Assembly: GCA_963845195.1 (NCBI GenBank)
Contig: CAWJRH010000004.1
Span: 742,104 to 806,103, forward strand
Source: an uncultured delta proteobacterium
GTDB taxonomy: Bacteria > Myxococcota_A > Polyangia > Polyangiales > Houyiibacteriaceae
Direction: 5' to 3'
Length of the DNA: 64,000 nt
In this document: positions 32,316 to 40,050 of the stretch, piece after piece
How positions within the stretch are numbered: position 1 is the first letter of the stretch
Layout of the letters: the number at the start of each line of letters is the position of its first letter
Notes under the pieces: generated by a model
Databases searched by the model: none
What the model was told of the DNA's origin: nothing
Seen by the model: only the letters and a program-made list of their open reading frames with translations
Translations under genes and position numbers: made by a program

Positions 32316-33103
32316 TGACGTTCCTCAAGGCTACAAGCGAAGGTGCCGGTTGCGTCCCTCACCCCTTGGGCAGAGCGGTCTAGGTCGAAGAAGTACACGA
32401 ACGATCTGGTCTCGTCGACGCGAATCAGGATTTCGACGCGACCGGCTGCGAGGACGCGAAAGCTCTCCTCGATCGGCAGCTCCGCGCCGGCCGCACCGAG
32501 CGTTCCCTCGACTGCAAACGTGAGTACGAGGTCGCGCAGCTCGGCGCCGGTGGAAACAGGGGCTCCACCGATATGCATCGCAACCTCTCCGTCGAATGAG
32601 GACTCGATGTCTCTGCCGGCGAGCGTCTCGAGGAAGCGGCAGCGTTCGGCGCTGCCCCAGACGACGGGGCTGATCCTGCCTCCCGCCAGGAGCATCGTGA
32701 GTTCGACCGCGCCGGTGACGTCTGGGTCGGCGTCATCGACGCTCGGATCCCAGCCTTGGCAGTCGTGGTTCACCTGCACGAGCCCGTTGGGGCTAGGGAA
32801 GCTGATGCCCTCGATGATCAGGTTGCCGTTCTCGTCGGTCGAGGAGTCCAGCCCGTTTTGAACGTCGACCACGATATCGATCATTTCGTCGAAGAGCCGC
32901 GTCTCGGCGAGCTTCTCGCGAAGCGCCAGAATATCATCCCCCAGCCGCTCCATGACGGCCTCTCCGACCTCAGCGGTCGGTCGCTCGTAGGCCTCCAGGA
33001 TTTCCTCGAACTCGGGTGCTGGAGGGACGTCGAGGCTGGGTGCGCAGCCGGCAAGGGCCGCGACGGTGAAAACGTGCAAAAATGAATAAGCGAAGCGGGC
33101 CAT
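32282..33103 (-). CDS. Hypothetical lipoprotein
   Basis: Track ORF trimmed to the ATG at 33103 (MARFAYSFLHVFTVAALAGC lipobox). Acidic secreted-type sequence. Its 3' end overlaps the next gene start by 34 nt. Confidence 0.5.
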   Translation of the reverse strand: MARFAYSFLHVFTVAALAGCAPSLDVPPAPEFEEILEAYERPTAEVGEAVMERLGDDILALREKLAETRLFDEMIDIVVDVQNGLDSSTDENGNLIIEGISFPSPNGLVQVNHDCQGWDPSVDDADPDVTGAVELTMLLAGGRISPVVWGSAERCRFLETLAGRDIESSFDGEVAMHIGGAPVSTGAELRDLVLTFAVEGTLGAAGAELPIEESFRVLAAGRVEILIRVDETRSFVYFFDLDRSAQGVRDATGTFACSLEERQCILPSGSFSW

Positions 33104-33142
33104 AGTGCGGCGGAACCTAGCGCATTGCGGCAGCAGGCACCA

Positions 33143-33844
33143 ATGGGCATGCTTCGTCCGATGCGTGCCCCCGCCGCACTTGCCCGGCTGTTCACCGGCG
33201 AGCCTCGCTACTCGTTGCTTCTTTTTTTGTTGCTCGTGCTGATCGTCGCAGCGCCCCTCGTGCCCACCGGTCCACGTGGCTATGGGTTCGAGTTGTCTTT
33301 CAACCTGGTTCTGTTCGCTGGCACCTATTCTGTCGCGGCCGAAACCCGCTACCTCCGTGCGTTCGTCATCCTCACCGCGCTGACATTCGCGCTTCGCTGG
33401 ACGCACCTCGCCTTTGAGGGCGACCGACTCTTCCTCTTGGCGTCGACCCTCAGCGCGGTATGGATAGGCTACGTATTCGCCCTCATGGCGGCCGTGCTCT
33501 TTCGAATCACACGCGTGACCACGAACGCTATTTTCGCGGCCATCGTGGTGTACCTGCTCGCCGCACTAGGTTTCGCGGTCGTGTTCCAAATCGTCGCGCG
33601 CCTGGACCCCGAGGCGTTCTCGGGGCTTTCGGGCGCACAGGGTTCGGCGCTCGGCGATGCGCTGCTCTACTTCAGCCTCGTCTGTGTCACGACGATGGGG
33701 TACGGCGACATTCTCCCCGTCTCCGCCTTCGCCCGGCAGCTTTCGGCCCTCGAAGGAGCGTTTGGGGCCCTCTATCTTGCGGTGATGGTGGCGCGCTTGG
33801 TGGCGCTTCACATTCTGTCGGGGGAAGACGCGGTGGACGAATGA
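33143..33844 (+). CDS. Potassium channel (ion transport 2 family)
   Basis: Several TM helices plus a pore loop carrying the K+ selectivity filter TTMGYGD. Confidence 0.75.
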   Translation: MGMLRPMRAPAALARLFTGEPRYSLLLFLLLVLIVAAPLVPTGPRGYGFELSFNLVLFAGTYSVAAETRYLRAFVILTALTFALRWTHLAFEGDRLFLLASTLSAVWIGYVFALMAAVLFRITRVTTNAIFAAIVVYLLAALGFAVVFQIVARLDPEAFSGLSGAQGSALGDALLYFSLVCVTTMGYGDILPVSAFARQLSALEGAFGALYLAVMVARLVALHILSGEDAVDE

Positions 33845-33918
33845 CCAGCCACGGATCCGTCACTGCGGGTTGCTCGCCCGACTGGCGTCCCGAGGATTCA
33901 CGAGGCATATCCGGCCTC

Positions 33919-34284
33919 ATGGCGTATCGTCTGCTGCTCGTCCTGCTCCTCGTGTCCACAGCTGGCGCCTGCAAGCACAACAAGCGGGCGTCTCGAACGG
34001 TCCTCGAGCGCGCTTCGTTCGACTTCTACTGTCCCAAGTCCGACATCGAGCTCCACGTGATCGACGAAGAGGGCATCCGAAACCTCGCATCACAAATTGC
34101 AGCGTTTGGATGTGACCAGAAAGCGGTCTATGTCTTCTACCCCGACGCCGACACCTGGACACTCAATGGGCCGGTCATGTCAGCCTCCGCGGAGCTTCAG
34201 GCTGAAGACACCTATCACGGACAGCGCCTGAATAGGAAAGAGAACAAGGCCGAGAAGAAGGCGAACAAGAAGACGGACGACTAA
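33919..34284 (+). CDS. Hypothetical lipoprotein with Lys-rich C-terminal tail
   Basis: ATG at 33919 (MAYRLLLVLLLVSTAGAC lipobox). An alternative ATG at 33841 would add 26 aa before the signal peptide. Confidence 0.5.
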   Translation: MAYRLLLVLLLVSTAGACKHNKRASRTVLERASFDFYCPKSDIELHVIDEEGIRNLASQIAAFGCDQKAVYVFYPDADTWTLNGPVMSASAELQAEDTYHGQRLNRKENKAEKKANKKTDD

Positions 34285-35303
34285 CTCGTCCAGAACCCCG
34301 CGACTCGCTCGATCATCCAGAAAGAGGCCAGCGATCCGACTACGTACGCGGTGGGTACGCGGAGCCGCGCGAGCCATTCAGTTAGCGATCCAGCTTCGTC
34401 GAGGCTGCGCGCCCCGAATCTGAGCATCTGATAGAGCGCAATAGCCCCAAGAACGAACGCGACCTGGCCGAGTTCGACCCCGACGTTGAAGAAGAGAAGC
34501 GCCGTCGGGATCTCCGTTTGCGGTAGTCCCGTCTCGCCAAGAACGGCTGCGAAACCGAATCCGTGAAGCAGGCCGAACGACGAGGCTACCGCGATGGGGT
34601 ATCGATAGGTGAGACTGTCTTTGTCATTCCGGATGATCTCCACCGCGAGAAATACGATGCTGAGGGCGATGGCAGCTTCCACCGGGGGAACAGGCACGTT
34701 GACGAGGTTGAGAGCGCTCATCGCCAAGGTGATCGAATGCGCGATGGTGAAGCCGGTGACGGTAATCAAAATGCGCCGACCCGTTCCCGCGATGATCAGA
34801 AGGCAGACCAAGAAGAGCAGGTGATCGTAGCCCTCGAGAATATGGCGGACGCCCAACGAGAGATACTGCTTGGCGACGCCACCGAAGCTTTCGCGTTCGG
34901 GAACCAAGAGCCTTGCTTCGTCGGGGCTGCCGATGAGAGAGTGGTGTTGGCCCGAGTGCCAGGAGATACGCGCGAGGGTCGTTACCGACGGGTTGAAGGC
35001 AGGGTACTCGACTTCGATTTCGCGCCCTGCGGGGTCTCGTTCGCAGCGGTATACCCTGCGCTCGCCGTCCTGTCGCTTCCCGACTTCAGCCCCGGTGGGG
35101 GTAAGCAACTCGCAGCCTGCCGGCATCCGTACTTCGGGCGCGTTTCCGGGACCCACCGACGCCGGCGTTTTCCAGCGAACCGAGAAGAGCAGAGGCTGCT
35201 CCTCGACGATCTCCACATACAGCGGTCGACTCTCGTGGGCTCGCGCCGAGACGCTCAGCAGGAGCACGCCGCTCATCAGTGCTAGCGCCCAGCGGAGCGT
35301 CAC
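34281..35303 (-). CDS. HupE/UreJ family (type 2) membrane protein, putative Ni/Co-type metal transporter
   Basis: Signal peptide, a periplasmic N-terminal domain, then TM helices carrying the HupE/UreJ signature HILEGYDHLLFL. Confidence 0.75.
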   Translation of the reverse strand: MTLRWALALMSGVLLLSVSARAHESRPLYVEIVEEQPLLFSVRWKTPASVGPGNAPEVRMPAGCELLTPTGAEVGKRQDGERRVYRCERDPAGREIEVEYPAFNPSVTTLARISWHSGQHHSLIGSPDEARLLVPERESFGGVAKQYLSLGVRHILEGYDHLLFLVCLLIIAGTGRRILITVTGFTIAHSITLAMSALNLVNVPVPPVEAAIALSIVFLAVEIIRNDKDSLTYRYPIAVASSFGLLHGFGFAAVLGETGLPQTEIPTALLFFNVGVELGQVAFVLGAIALYQMLRFGARSLDEAGSLTEWLARLRVPTAYVVGSLASFWMIERVAGFWTS

Positions 35304-36229
35304 TGCGCCTGCGCCTTGGCGTTGGGATCGGCCGCTTCGCCGACGGGACGGATCTCTCGAATCTCGACGTCGTATGCGTCGACGATGCCCGAGATCGCTT
35401 CGGCCGTGCCCTTGCGGACGCGGGCACGCCCAGCGTCGTCCTCCACGCGGGTGCGAATCTCGTCAAGGGCGGGCTTTCGTCCGGCCGCGCGATTGGTGAG
35501 CATCACCAGGTGGACGCCGTACGGCGAATCGAATGGACCAGCCCATGTGCTTTCGCTTGGCTCAAGCGCAAAGAGCGCCTTGGCCATGTCGGGACCGAAG
35601 TGGCTTGCGACGTACTCTGGAGTCCGCTCGACGTAGTTGACGTGATAGAGGAAGCGGTCGCCGTGGCGCGGTGCCTCGCTGAAATGGACGTTCTTGCCGT
35701 TGAGCTCCAAGAGCTTGGCTTCGGCGAGAGCACGCGCTTCGGCTCTCGGTCGGTCTTCGGTCTCGAAGAACACGTGCGCGAAGGTTGCGTAGGGCTCGAC
35801 GTAGTACTCCTCGATGTGCTGTTCGAAGTAGCGCTGAAGCTCGGCCTCATCGATGACAGTGCTGGCCTCGGCGAATCCTTCGGTGATGAATTCAACCTTC
35901 TGAACGAGGCGCCGCCGGATGACATAGTCGTCTTCGTCGAGGCCGAGCGCGACTGCCTCCCGGTGGAGAACTTCCTCACGAACGTAGTCGTCGATCAGCT
36001 GCGTGAGGTCATCGTCCGAGAGCGCGTCGAGACGCGCGGAAGCCACCGAGGGCTCGAACGTCTTGGTACGATACTGCACGAAGGTGAGAAGTGCGTCGCG
36101 ATCGACCACGATGGTGCGTGGATCGTCCGAAGCGCCGCCGTCGCGATTCACCAGGCCGTAGAGCACGAACAGCGCCAAGCCTGCGGCGAGGAAATGCACG
36201 AGAGGCTCTTTGAGCAGACGTATCAACAC
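35300..36229 (-). CDS. Membrane-anchored parvulin-like (PpiC-type) peptidyl-prolyl isomerase domain protein
   Basis: N-terminal TM helix, a SurA/PrsA-like helical region and a C-terminal parvulin-like segment (FGPDMAKALFALEP..WAGPFDSPYGVHLVML). 4-nt overlap with the HupE gene. Confidence 0.6.
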   Translation of the reverse strand: MLIRLLKEPLVHFLAAGLALFVLYGLVNRDGGASDDPRTIVVDRDALLTFVQYRTKTFEPSVASARLDALSDDDLTQLIDDYVREEVLHREAVALGLDEDDYVIRRRLVQKVEFITEGFAEASTVIDEAELQRYFEQHIEEYYVEPYATFAHVFFETEDRPRAEARALAEAKLLELNGKNVHFSEAPRHGDRFLYHVNYVERTPEYVASHFGPDMAKALFALEPSESTWAGPFDSPYGVHLVMLTNRAAGRKPALDEIRTRVEDDAGRARVRKGTAEAISGIVDAYDVEIREIRPVGEAADPNAKAQAQ

Positions 36230-36264
36230 GAGTAGACGGTAGGAATGGCGTCGCGCTTCTCGGG

Positions 36265-38118
36265 CTACGGCGTGTACCAGATCGGCGAAGAGTACGCCCG
36301 CTCTTGAATCGTCGATGGATGTCCCGTTTCGCCAGGGTCCATCCCGAGAGCGATCGCGTCATAGAGCGTGTGCCTCGGGGTCGGGATTTGGAGAACGCGC
36401 ACGTAGTAGAAGGCGCGCTGCGCGGGGTCGAAATCCGGGTCCTCCCATACGGTCGAAAGCTGGGCGTCGCCGATCGTGTTGGTGAACATCCCGGTCGATA
36501 GATCGACGGTATTGCCTACGGGGGGCAGCATCCCGTTTGGCCCACGTTCGCGGTCGTCGGACCAGGCGATGTCGTAGACGCGTTCATTCGCTTCACCGTC
36601 GGTGCCGAGCCAACCCTTGACGATCTGGATTCGGTCGAGGTTCGCGCCGACCGGGTCCTTGATCGCGTAAACGAGAAAGCGAGGGGCCTTTCCGGTTGGC
36701 GCGTTGGTCAGGTCGCCCCCCATCGGCACGCCAGACGCGTACCCGATCTCGGCGATCTCTTTGCTATGCGCGTCCTTGTCGTCGAAGCCGTAACCTCCAA
36801 AGAGCCGAACTCGGATGCGTGGTCCCGTCGTCGCGTAGACCTCCTTGCGCTGAAACGCCGCGACGAGGCTCTCACGCGTGTTGGCGTCGCTCCAGACCGC
36901 GGCTGCGCCCGCGGCAGACATGTCCGCGCCGAAGCCCTTGATGCCGAGAAACTCGGCGAACGTGTTCGCCGGCGTCGAGTCGAACGCGGTCTTCCCCCAA
37001 AAGTTGTCCTCTTCGAACGAACTCATGCCGGTGTGTGAGTCGGTCGAGCCGATCATGCCCATCTTGTAAGGGTTCGCACCGAGGGTCGCCTCGAATTCGA
37101 GGCCCCGCTTGAGGCCTGACCGCACGAAATCTCCTGCGTTTGGGGGCAGGGGCTCTGCATCGGTACCGAGAGATTCCGAATCGATCGCGTGATTGAACGG
37201 CTCGAACGCCGCGAACTCGTCGTTCGGCGAAAGAATGGGGTCGGTCTCCGAGTCGCCCTTGATCTGCACTACCTCGACGACCGGTTCCCACTTCATCCGC
37301 GTGCGCGCGTAGTCGGCGGTGATCGGATGGCCCTTGCTATCGACTTCGGGGAACATCAGTCCGCCGCTTATGTTGGGGTTATGCGGGATCGCCACGAAGT
37401 TTGCGCCGGTGCGTGCGGCAGTGGCTTCGAGCCATGACCACAGGTCTTCGGGCTCGTCGCTGTCGAAGGCGCTGTACGGCAGAAACTGTGCCGCCGTCGC
37501 CGCCCCCTCCGGCATGAATACGACGCGGTGCAGGTTCTTGCCGTTCGGCGTTGAGGTCCATTCCCAGCCGATCATCGAGGTGAACGTGCCCGGCTCGTTG
37601 TGCCGTTCGGTGATCGCCACGTACTCATCCCAGACCGACCGCTTGATTTCGTCTGTGTTGAAGTCCTCCGGAGGCCGGTTGTTGTTGATTGCCTCGATAA
37701 ACGAGACGAAGATCTCGAGGCTCTTGCCCGCCTGCGCCATCCTGATGATTTGTTTTCCCGTCGGGGTCTTCGTGAGGCGCTCATCTCCTTGAAACAGACG
37801 GAGCGGGACCCCCATCATTTCTGCGTGGTCGGCCACGACCAAGAAGTCGAGAGGTGTGTGGATCTCGATCTTGCTTCCGGTGTATGGGTGGATGACCGGC
37901 ATCCCTTTGGCGTATCGATAGGCGGTGTCAGGATCCGCGGTCTCGTTGCCGAACAGATAGGCGTCCGGGGAGTAGCTGGTGTGCAGGTGAGTATCCCCCC
38001 AGAAGACCTGGGTGGGCTCGGACGCGTTGCTCACGGTCTCCGAAAGCCCCGGCGCACTGCCTTTCGCGCAGGCCTGGATCACGAGCGCAGCAATGACGAG
38101 TCCGAATCGCTTCTTCAT
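36265..38118 (-). CDS. DUF3604-family secreted metal-dependent hydrolase-like protein
   Basis: Signal/lipobox-like N-terminus, then FWGDTHLHTSYSPDAY, the characteristic DUF3604 (PHP-like) start motif. 617 aa. Confidence 0.75.
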   Translation of the reverse strand: MKKRFGLVIAALVIQACAKGSAPGLSETVSNASEPTQVFWGDTHLHTSYSPDAYLFGNETADPDTAYRYAKGMPVIHPYTGSKIEIHTPLDFLVVADHAEMMGVPLRLFQGDERLTKTPTGKQIIRMAQAGKSLEIFVSFIEAINNNRPPEDFNTDEIKRSVWDEYVAITERHNEPGTFTSMIGWEWTSTPNGKNLHRVVFMPEGAATAAQFLPYSAFDSDEPEDLWSWLEATAARTGANFVAIPHNPNISGGLMFPEVDSKGHPITADYARTRMKWEPVVEVVQIKGDSETDPILSPNDEFAAFEPFNHAIDSESLGTDAEPLPPNAGDFVRSGLKRGLEFEATLGANPYKMGMIGSTDSHTGMSSFEEDNFWGKTAFDSTPANTFAEFLGIKGFGADMSAAGAAAVWSDANTRESLVAAFQRKEVYATTGPRIRVRLFGGYGFDDKDAHSKEIAEIGYASGVPMGGDLTNAPTGKAPRFLVYAIKDPVGANLDRIQIVKGWLGTDGEANERVYDIAWSDDRERGPNGMLPPVGNTVDLSTGMFTNTIGDAQLSTVWEDPDFDPAQRAFYYVRVLQIPTPRHTLYDAIALGMDPGETGHPSTIQERAYSSPIWYTP

Positions 38119-38280
38119 GTTCGTTTTCTCCCTCGCGACAAGTCCGCTCTGAACCCCGCCCCCGAGACTTGCGCAATCAGGCGTCTGAGGTCAACCGCCC
38201 CTGCGATCGGTCCGAGGTTTGCGCCAGTCGGCGCGTTTTGGACGCGATCTCGGAGCGCTTTCGGGGTAGGGTCGCGCCAG

Positions 38281-40050
38281 ATGTGGGCTAGGTCGTGGAC
38301 TTACGGGACATTCGCAGGGGTGATTGTTTCTCTCGCCTTTGCTATCGCTCTCGCGGGCGTCCCGCGCACTGCGGTCGCGGACGCCACTCACTACCAGACG
38401 CTCCAGCTCGGCGAGCGATCGCGCGGCATGGCGGCGGCCTACACCGCGTTTGCGGCCGACGGTGCTGCAATTTGGTACAATCCCGCAGGGCTCCCGCTCC
38501 TCGAAGCAAAGCTACTGCAAGGAAGCTTGTCGCTATTCCAGATTCGTACCGTGGATCTCGAAGACGCGGTAGTGAGCGACGGCCGCGATGGTCCGGGCGG
38601 CGTGACCGAGGTCAACGACTTCAAGCTCCAATCGAGCCCGACCCTCCCCGGCTTCGCGGTGGCGAGCTTTGCACTCGGCAAGCGCCGAGAGGAGTTTGGC
38701 AACAGGAAGGCCATCCAAATCGCGATCTCCGCGTTCCAGACCTACAACGAGGAGGTTTCCGGCGACGTGCAGATCCGGGACGAGTACGGGCGCACCAACA
38801 GCATCCAGTTTCTTCAGATCGATCGCCAGACGTATGTCGGCGCGGCCCTCGGCTATCGCATCACCCGCAACTTTCTCGCCGGGATCAGCCTCTTCGCGAG
38901 CAATCGCGTCGTCAACCACGTCGAGACTATCGCTGTGGCCTTCGACGGCACTCAGGATCCGAGCCAGGGGAGCCCGTGTCCGTCGAGCCCGACCGTCCCG
39001 TTCTGCATTAACAACGCTGACCAGACGAACCGAAACACCGTCTTCAACATGAACGCCTGGTACCTCTTGGCGCGAATCGGCCTGATGCAGCTCATCGGCG
39101 AACGCTGGCGCGTGGGGTTGATGTTCCAAACTCCCGGCGTCCGCGTAGGAGGCCAATCCACGCTGCGCTTCGAGCTTTCCGACGTGGAAGCCACGATGAA
39201 TCCCGCGCCGTCCGAAAGCGTGTATGCAAGCATCACACGGAGCTCCAACTCGCCGATTCCGTGGACCCTTCGGCTTGGAGCAGCCTATGTAATTTCAAAA
39301 AAAGTCATCGTCGACGCCGACCTGCAGCTCGTTGGGCCCGTGAAGTCCGGTCAGATCACTCCAGACCTGCCTCAGCTCGAAGGGCGCGCCAACACCTCCG
39401 GCGCGTTGCTCTCGACGGGCACTCGACGCGACTTCACCTGGAACGTTTCGATCGGTACCGAGATTCAGATTACTCGCTTTCTCTTCACTCGGTTCGGGTT
39501 TCTGACCGACCGCTCCTCGGCGCCATCCGTTGCGCCAGATTCGACGCAGGTGCAGGGGCTCGATGTCGATCGCATCGGTTTCAGTGCGTCGATCGGTGGC
39601 CAGAAGAACGCGCGCGGACTGTCTGCAGGCGTCACGGCGCTCTTCGGGAGAGGCACGGGGGTCGGGCTCGATCTCCGTCAGGAAGCCTTCGAAAACAACG
39701 AAACGTTCCGGCGGGTCGATGCGAAAGAGCGCATCTTCATCATCTCGATCGGGGGCGACGTCGGGCAGACGGCCGACATCATGAAGAACCAGATCAAGGA
39801 AAAGCGAAAGTCCAAGGAGCCCGATCAGGCGCGTCGGAGACAGCGCGCCCAGGAGGAGATCGACGAAGAGCTCGACCCCGAACTCAAGGCAGCGCGCCAG
39901 AAAGCCGAAGAAGCGCTAAAAGCCGCCGAGGATGCACGGCGTGATCTCGAGGCACTAGAAGAAGAAAAACGACAGCTCGAAAACCTCAGCGACGAGGATC
40001 AGGGGGCGCTCCAGGGCGCGACCCAGAAGGGCATCAACGTGGCTCGCTGA
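38281..40050 (+). CDS. FadL/OMPP1-like outer-membrane transport protein with charged coiled-coil C-terminal tail
   Basis: Track ORF 37600..40050 trimmed to the ATG at 38281, because the upstream part is antisense to the DUF3604 gene. Signal peptide, GMAAAYTAFAADGAAIWYNPAGL motif, beta-strand-rich body and a K/E/R-rich last ~90 aa. Confidence 0.6.
   Translation: MWARSWTYGTFAGVIVSLAFAIALAGVPRTAVADATHYQTLQLGERSRGMAAAYTAFAADGAAIWYNPAGLPLLEAKLLQGSLSLFQIRTVDLEDAVVSDGRDGPGGVTEVNDFKLQSSPTLPGFAVASFALGKRREEFGNRKAIQIAISAFQTYNEEVSGDVQIRDEYGRTNSIQFLQIDRQTYVGAALGYRITRNFLAGISLFASNRVVNHVETIAVAFDGTQDPSQGSPCPSSPTVPFCINNADQTNRNTVFNMNAWYLLARIGLMQLIGERWRVGLMFQTPGVRVGGQSTLRFELSDVEATMNPAPSESVYASITRSSNSPIPWTLRLGAAYVISKKVIVDADLQLVGPVKSGQITPDLPQLEGRANTSGALLSTGTRRDFTWNVSIGTEIQITRFLFTRFGFLTDRSSAPSVAPDSTQVQGLDVDRIGFSASIGGQKNARGLSAGVTALFGRGTGVGLDLRQEAFENNETFRRVDAKERIFIISIGGDVGQTADIMKNQIKEKRKSKEPDQARRRQRAQEEIDEELDPELKAARQKAEEALKAAEDARRDLEALEEEKRQLENLSDEDQGALQGATQKGINVAR

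Noticed and set aside
35279-36235. 318-aa plus-strand ORF almost exactly co-extensive with the minus-strand parvulin-like gene.
   Set aside because: The minus-strand product has a TM anchor and a parvulin-like motif, and is translationally linked to its neighbours by a 4-nt overlap. The plus-strand product has no recognisable features.
37600-38280. 5' extension of the FadL-like ORF (the track ORF starts at 37600). Analogous N-terminal extensions occur in track ORFs 5852..6661, 5876..6937, 6982..8262, 10285..11112, 32282..33406, 33460..34284 and 46033..46986.
   Set aside because: The extensions run antisense to, or out of frame through, neighbouring well-supported genes. Internal starts give signal peptides/lipoboxes or family-typical N-termini, often with an SD sequence or an ATGA overlap.
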